Source: Amphiscolops sp. MND2022
Lineage: Eukaryota
DNA: 64,000 nt
Assembly: GCA_964187785.1 (NCBI GenBank)
Contig: OZ076415.1
Span: 32,922,001 to 32,986,000, forward strand
Reading direction: 5' to 3'
The notes beneath the pieces are model-generated. The model had not been told where the DNA came from. It was given only the letters and a program-made list of their open reading frames with translations, and ran no database searches. Position 1 is the stretch's first letter, and each line of letters begins with the position of its first letter. This document shows positions 59,701 through 64,000 of the stretch, piece after piece. The translations under genes were made by a program, and so were the position numbers.

Positions 59701-62330
59701 CTACTCAATGTACGGGCCCGTATTCTGTGTATATTGTGACTTGACTGAGCACTTAGCTTCCCAATGCCAAAATACAGCCATACAAGAGGACTTGGCCTAC
59801 AGCCTCTGGGCTCAACCGCCACCAACTTCTTATACAACAAGTGACAATGAAATGGTCTTGATGTTGCGACCAGGAGAGGCAGCCCACGTAGCAATGTCTT
59901 TGACCATCACATGTGGGAAAGTTCAAATGCAGACCAGCCCTAAACCCACCACTTTTGAGGCATCCGGACGTACGATAAGGTCAATTCGTCTGCATTTAGC
60001 AACAGCGCTTTGACTTGACTATTGAAACATTGATCGACGAGATTGCTGATAACCCACAATACCGACAATTGACGCTACCCCAACCTAAGGTATGGCATGT
60101 GAGAGGTGTCACGCATATTGGCCAATCCCAGAGAAAGTGAATGGACGCGGGGTAGAAATGCGCTTTGCAGCTACCATCATCAAAGGTGACAATCCCCTGG
60201 ACTTTGTCTTGGTCCGCAAGAACTGAGATGCTACAACATCTAGACCAACAACAACTGACGCGAAATTACTCGTTGACGATTTAGAACTTTACAGATTCCG
60301 AAAAGTCCCAATCAATTTTCAAACGCCAACTCGTACCTTAAAACAAGCGATATTTTTAGAAGACACCGTGGCCACAGTAGGTGAGACGGGTTTCTTCTAC
60401 CTCAGTCTATGTAACCTAACAAACAACGTCCAGAGAATCAAAGGGGGTTCCCGATTGGGGACGGCACCGTAGTCTTACTGCACAAAACTTTCCCTCGAAT
60501 TGCTCCCGAGCAACAATTCGAAAATCAATCTGCTGCACATTTTGTTTATAAAGTGTTTGAACAGATGAACATAGAAACGAATTCTGAATATAGTTCTCTT
60601 TCTGAATTTGAGTTTTTGTCTTCAATCTATCCGTCCGAACCAGGGTTGACGGAGCGCGAAGTCAAAATACGTAACGACCCGGCACTACTGGCCCCAATTC
60701 CAGGCCCCGAAGCGCAACTCGACAAAGTCCGAAACTGTTGGGGTTCGACCGCACGCGACACGCTCGAAGAACTTCCCACTAAATTTGACGACCTTTTCAT
60801 GAAATAAAAAGCTGATTTTGATAAATGTAAAATAGCTAAGCTCCCGGTGGAAGTAGAGCCAGGGTTTGTACCCCTGCGAAGGTGCACGTAGAATGTCCCC
60901 AGAGAATGCAGAACGTGCTAGCCAAGAAGTACGTGACCTCTTGGCACTTGGCATGATCCAACGTTGGCTATCCCCATAGGCAAGTGGTAATGCCATTGTC
61001 AAAGAGAAGACTGGTGAATTATTTTTTAGCTGTGATTTTTGCCCTCTAAATGAAGTCACAATCAAAGATGCCTACCCACTACCCCGTATCAACGAAAGCG
61101 TCCCACGATTGGGTAAAACAAAAAAGCACACCAGTATTGACCTTGATACAGATCCCAGTACGAAAGGCCGACCGTCAGAAGACAGCCTTTGCATGTGGAC
61201 TTGGACTATTCGCACGGCGCCGCATGCTTTTAGAAAGTGTATTGCTTCAGCGATTTTCCGACGTGCATTCCCGCGAGCGGTACAGAAAATAGTCAATCGT
61301 TAAGGGAGCATGGTCATGGCGCTTATTTTGATAGTATTGTTATTGCTACAGCAACAATGCAAGACCATATGGATCGACTGCGTGAAGTTTTTCAATGACT
61401 ACGTGAGGCAGGCTTCAAAATGCGCGTCTCCAAAACATCCTCCAGCAGAAGGCATCAAACTTGATTCCAAAGCAGTCTGCAAACTTCGCGATGGGACATC
61501 CAACGCAACAAGACCGAATTACAAAATTTTCTGGGATTTGCGAAATATTACCGCGATTTCAACCCCTGGCACGCAAAATTGGTTGCCCCATTACATCGAT
61601 CACCGGCAACGGCAATTTGATTTTGTGGGGGGAGGTGCAACAACAGGCTTCCTATGGAATCAAAGTGGCATTGATTGAAGGCACAGCCTTGGCACAACCA
61701 GGCTCTGAAGGAGAATTTGCCCTAGACACACTGGCCAGCGATATGGCATTATCAGGTTTTCTCCTCCAGTGGCAAGGATACCCTTACAACGGAAAGCTGC
61801 GACCGATTGTATTCGGCAGCAAGAAGCTAACACCAAAACAAGACAAATATGGCGCTGCGAAACTAGAAATGTATGCTGCGTATTATTTCTTGAAGAATCC
61901 TGAAGAATCCTGAAGAATCACAGCTACCAATGCCCTCGAAACATTACCTTGAGAGTAGACAAACAAGTCCTGGCCTGGTTGAAATTTTACTCAACAGATC
62001 AAGCGATCATTGGGAGCTGGATCATGGCCCTAGAAATTTATCACCATATAACATCGTCCAAGAACACAACACAACATCGAAACACAGATGGACTTAGCAA
62101 ACGAGCGAACGATTACAAAAGCATGAACAAAAATAGGGACACTTGCCCCCAGTTCGAATGGAACTTTTTATCTCAAGAAGAGAACGACAAACTCCCCATA
62201 GTACAAAAGTTTTGATGTTCAAAAACGGTTGATCTCGAATCACTCAGAGCTACCTGAACATCTCAGAAACTCTAGTGAAAAACATTTGAAATGTAAAGGA
62301 GTCTCCTTCGTCAAGCACACAACAGGATTT
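56719..62330 (+). mobile_element. Degenerate Ty3/gypsy LTR retrotransposon (putative 5' LTR 56719-57223; gag and pol remnants; 3' truncated)
   Basis: gag-like RPRVYKGTKDGTVDGWLL...KAWAIIDNLKGEARNYI and zinc knuckle CSNCGQPGHFAR. RT ...ASQEVRDLLALGMIQ...LNEVTIKDAYPLPRI. RNase H DTLASDMALSGFLLQ...RPIVFGSKKLT...YGAAKLEM. Numerous stops and frameshifts. The LTR is inferred from TGTCAC..TAACA ends. Confidence 0.85.
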
Positions 62331-64000
62331 ACGGCCAACCGGTTATAACGGATTCCGGATATAACGTGTACTGGAAATGCCGTTTGTGGGAGAAGTTTTT
62401 TAGATACAAAAGGTCCCTCCTTTGATTCTCAAGATATTCAGAGTTGATACAAATTCAACTGAAGCCGAGGAATCCCCCTCTGGTTTTTTGGCACTGTGAG
62501 ACCTCATTATTTTCAATATAATCAAACAGCTGTCTGTTATATCTTCAATTATTTATCATTCTTTGGGCTGTTTTGACTCTCTGCGTTTTTTCCCGAAACT
62601 TTCATTTGATTAAAGTGTACGTTCCTGCTTTCCTATCTGTTTTCAGCTTGAGGAAAGTAGTTTCTAAGCTGAAAGTTCCTTTTGCGGCACTATGAGACTT
62701 TCCCGAAAAAAATCGAATTAATTTTTTAAAAAAAAGATCTTTTGTAATTCCAGTTGGGGAAACTGTGGTTTCCGAGCTTTATGTGTATCCTTTGGGGTAT
62801 TTTTGGCACTGAGATTTGAATTGACTTTGTATTTATCTGCTAATCAATGAAAAGAAACGCAAGCTAATACAAAACATATACAATCATCAATTAACAGATT
62901 GTTAAAAGAAATATTTTTTCACAACAAAATGATATCCAATTTAATCTGGATTGGTTCCGTTTTTGAAGAAAAAAAATTCAGAATTACAGCTTGATGATCC
63001 TTTCAAAATACTTTATCTTAAATATGTTCCATTCCAACCCGTTCTCTTCCAAAGTTCTGTTCAACGTTTTCTAGGTTTTCCTGGAAGGAATGGGGTTTGT
63101 CTTGACTCTGATTGGTCGTTTGGGTGCATGGTATCCGGTAAAGGGAACTGATCTGTCAATCTCTGATTGCCATCATGCATAAAATCAACAACAGCCCAGA
63201 ATTTAATTAATTCAAATTATGCTCGAGGAATGAAAAAGTTTCAGATTCGAAAGGTGTTCCTCGCTTTCATATTGCTCACGTCTTTATATTGTTCAAGAGA
63301 TCCAGCTTTTGTTTTCTTTTCAATTATCGGTCATTTCGTCTTTCAAATTGCAAACGTTTTGATTAAATTTCTAAAAATTAAGGCACATCAAAAAGAATTC
63401 TACTCAGAGATTCCTTTAAAAATTGTTCTGGGACTGTTCCACCGGTACTAGACTTTTTTCGTTGACAAAACTGATGCTCCAACGAAACTGGAGCGGTCTT
63501 TTTCATTGTGCCAAGCAACAGCGGAGTTTGAAAGAAGGCACTTTTTCCAGTGACAAGGTAGCCCATAGCACAAAACCTATTTCTCTTGCCTTATACTTTT
63601 TAGTGGGAACTGCCGTTATCCAGGTTTGAACCTCAGCATATCCTAAATCTTTGATAGTATTTGTGCAAAAACTACTTTTTTGGCGAAATGATCTTTCAAC
63701 AAGAAACATGTATTTTTCTACATGTGTGCTTTCATCGAATGTTAAACGTGGATAAAATTTGCTTGATTCCAAAACACAAAAAAAATGAAAATAAAAAGCG
63801 AGTAACAACTTTTGCAAGTGACACTCCCGAAGATTCAATGGTTCAAAATGACAAAGACGTAGATGATTTGATGCATCTCAAGATTACTGTTGTACAGTTT
63901 TACAAACGGCTGTTGTCTAGGCTTGACCAAAGTCTACAAATTGGCACTAGTTTGCAAGATTGGATTGATGATATGCTATGTAGTATGACGACAATGATAT

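Noticed and set aside
61890-61920. GAAGAATCCT x3 micro-repeat
   Set aside because: A simple slippage duplication inside the dead gypsy RNase H region.
62330-64000. Possible pogo/Tigger-like TIR at about 62335 and coding remnants at 63100-63840
   Set aside because: No partner TIR, TSD or diagnostic protein motif is visible within the window.

Overview
AT-rich, intron-containing animal (invertebrate-like) genomic DNA; the taxon cannot be fixed from the sequence alone. Three host genes are supported, all on the minus strand: two paralogous SLC7 (LAT/y+LAT/xCT-type) amino-acid transporter light chains with single-exon CDSs (6746-8269 and 41577-43046), and a 4-exon AGBL4/CCP6 cytosolic carboxypeptidase (47829-51400, about 548 aa). 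Most of the rest is transposon-derived. The standout is an apparently intact 7.8-kb autonomous Helitron (10552-18355, minus strand). It has both canonical ends, an A^T target site inside an old LINE, and a RepHel gene of about 1486 aa rejoined by one 81-nt intron. Upstream of RepHel it carries a 1.8-kb array of GATC-saturated 38-bp units with a 14-bp palindrome, an orphan 123-aa ORF that runs into the array, and a tRNA-derived Pol III-type unit (A box, B box, T5). Also present: a 2.3-kb LINE+hAT chimeric unit amplified in tandem about 3.2 times with copy-specific insertions; 8-bp-TSD, GG-ended MITEs that share a 135-bp core but have different arms; Helentron-type non-autonomous elements, including a head-to-head pair; and decayed LINE, hAT and Ty3/gypsy remnants. 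All comparisons were done by eye; no database searches were run.
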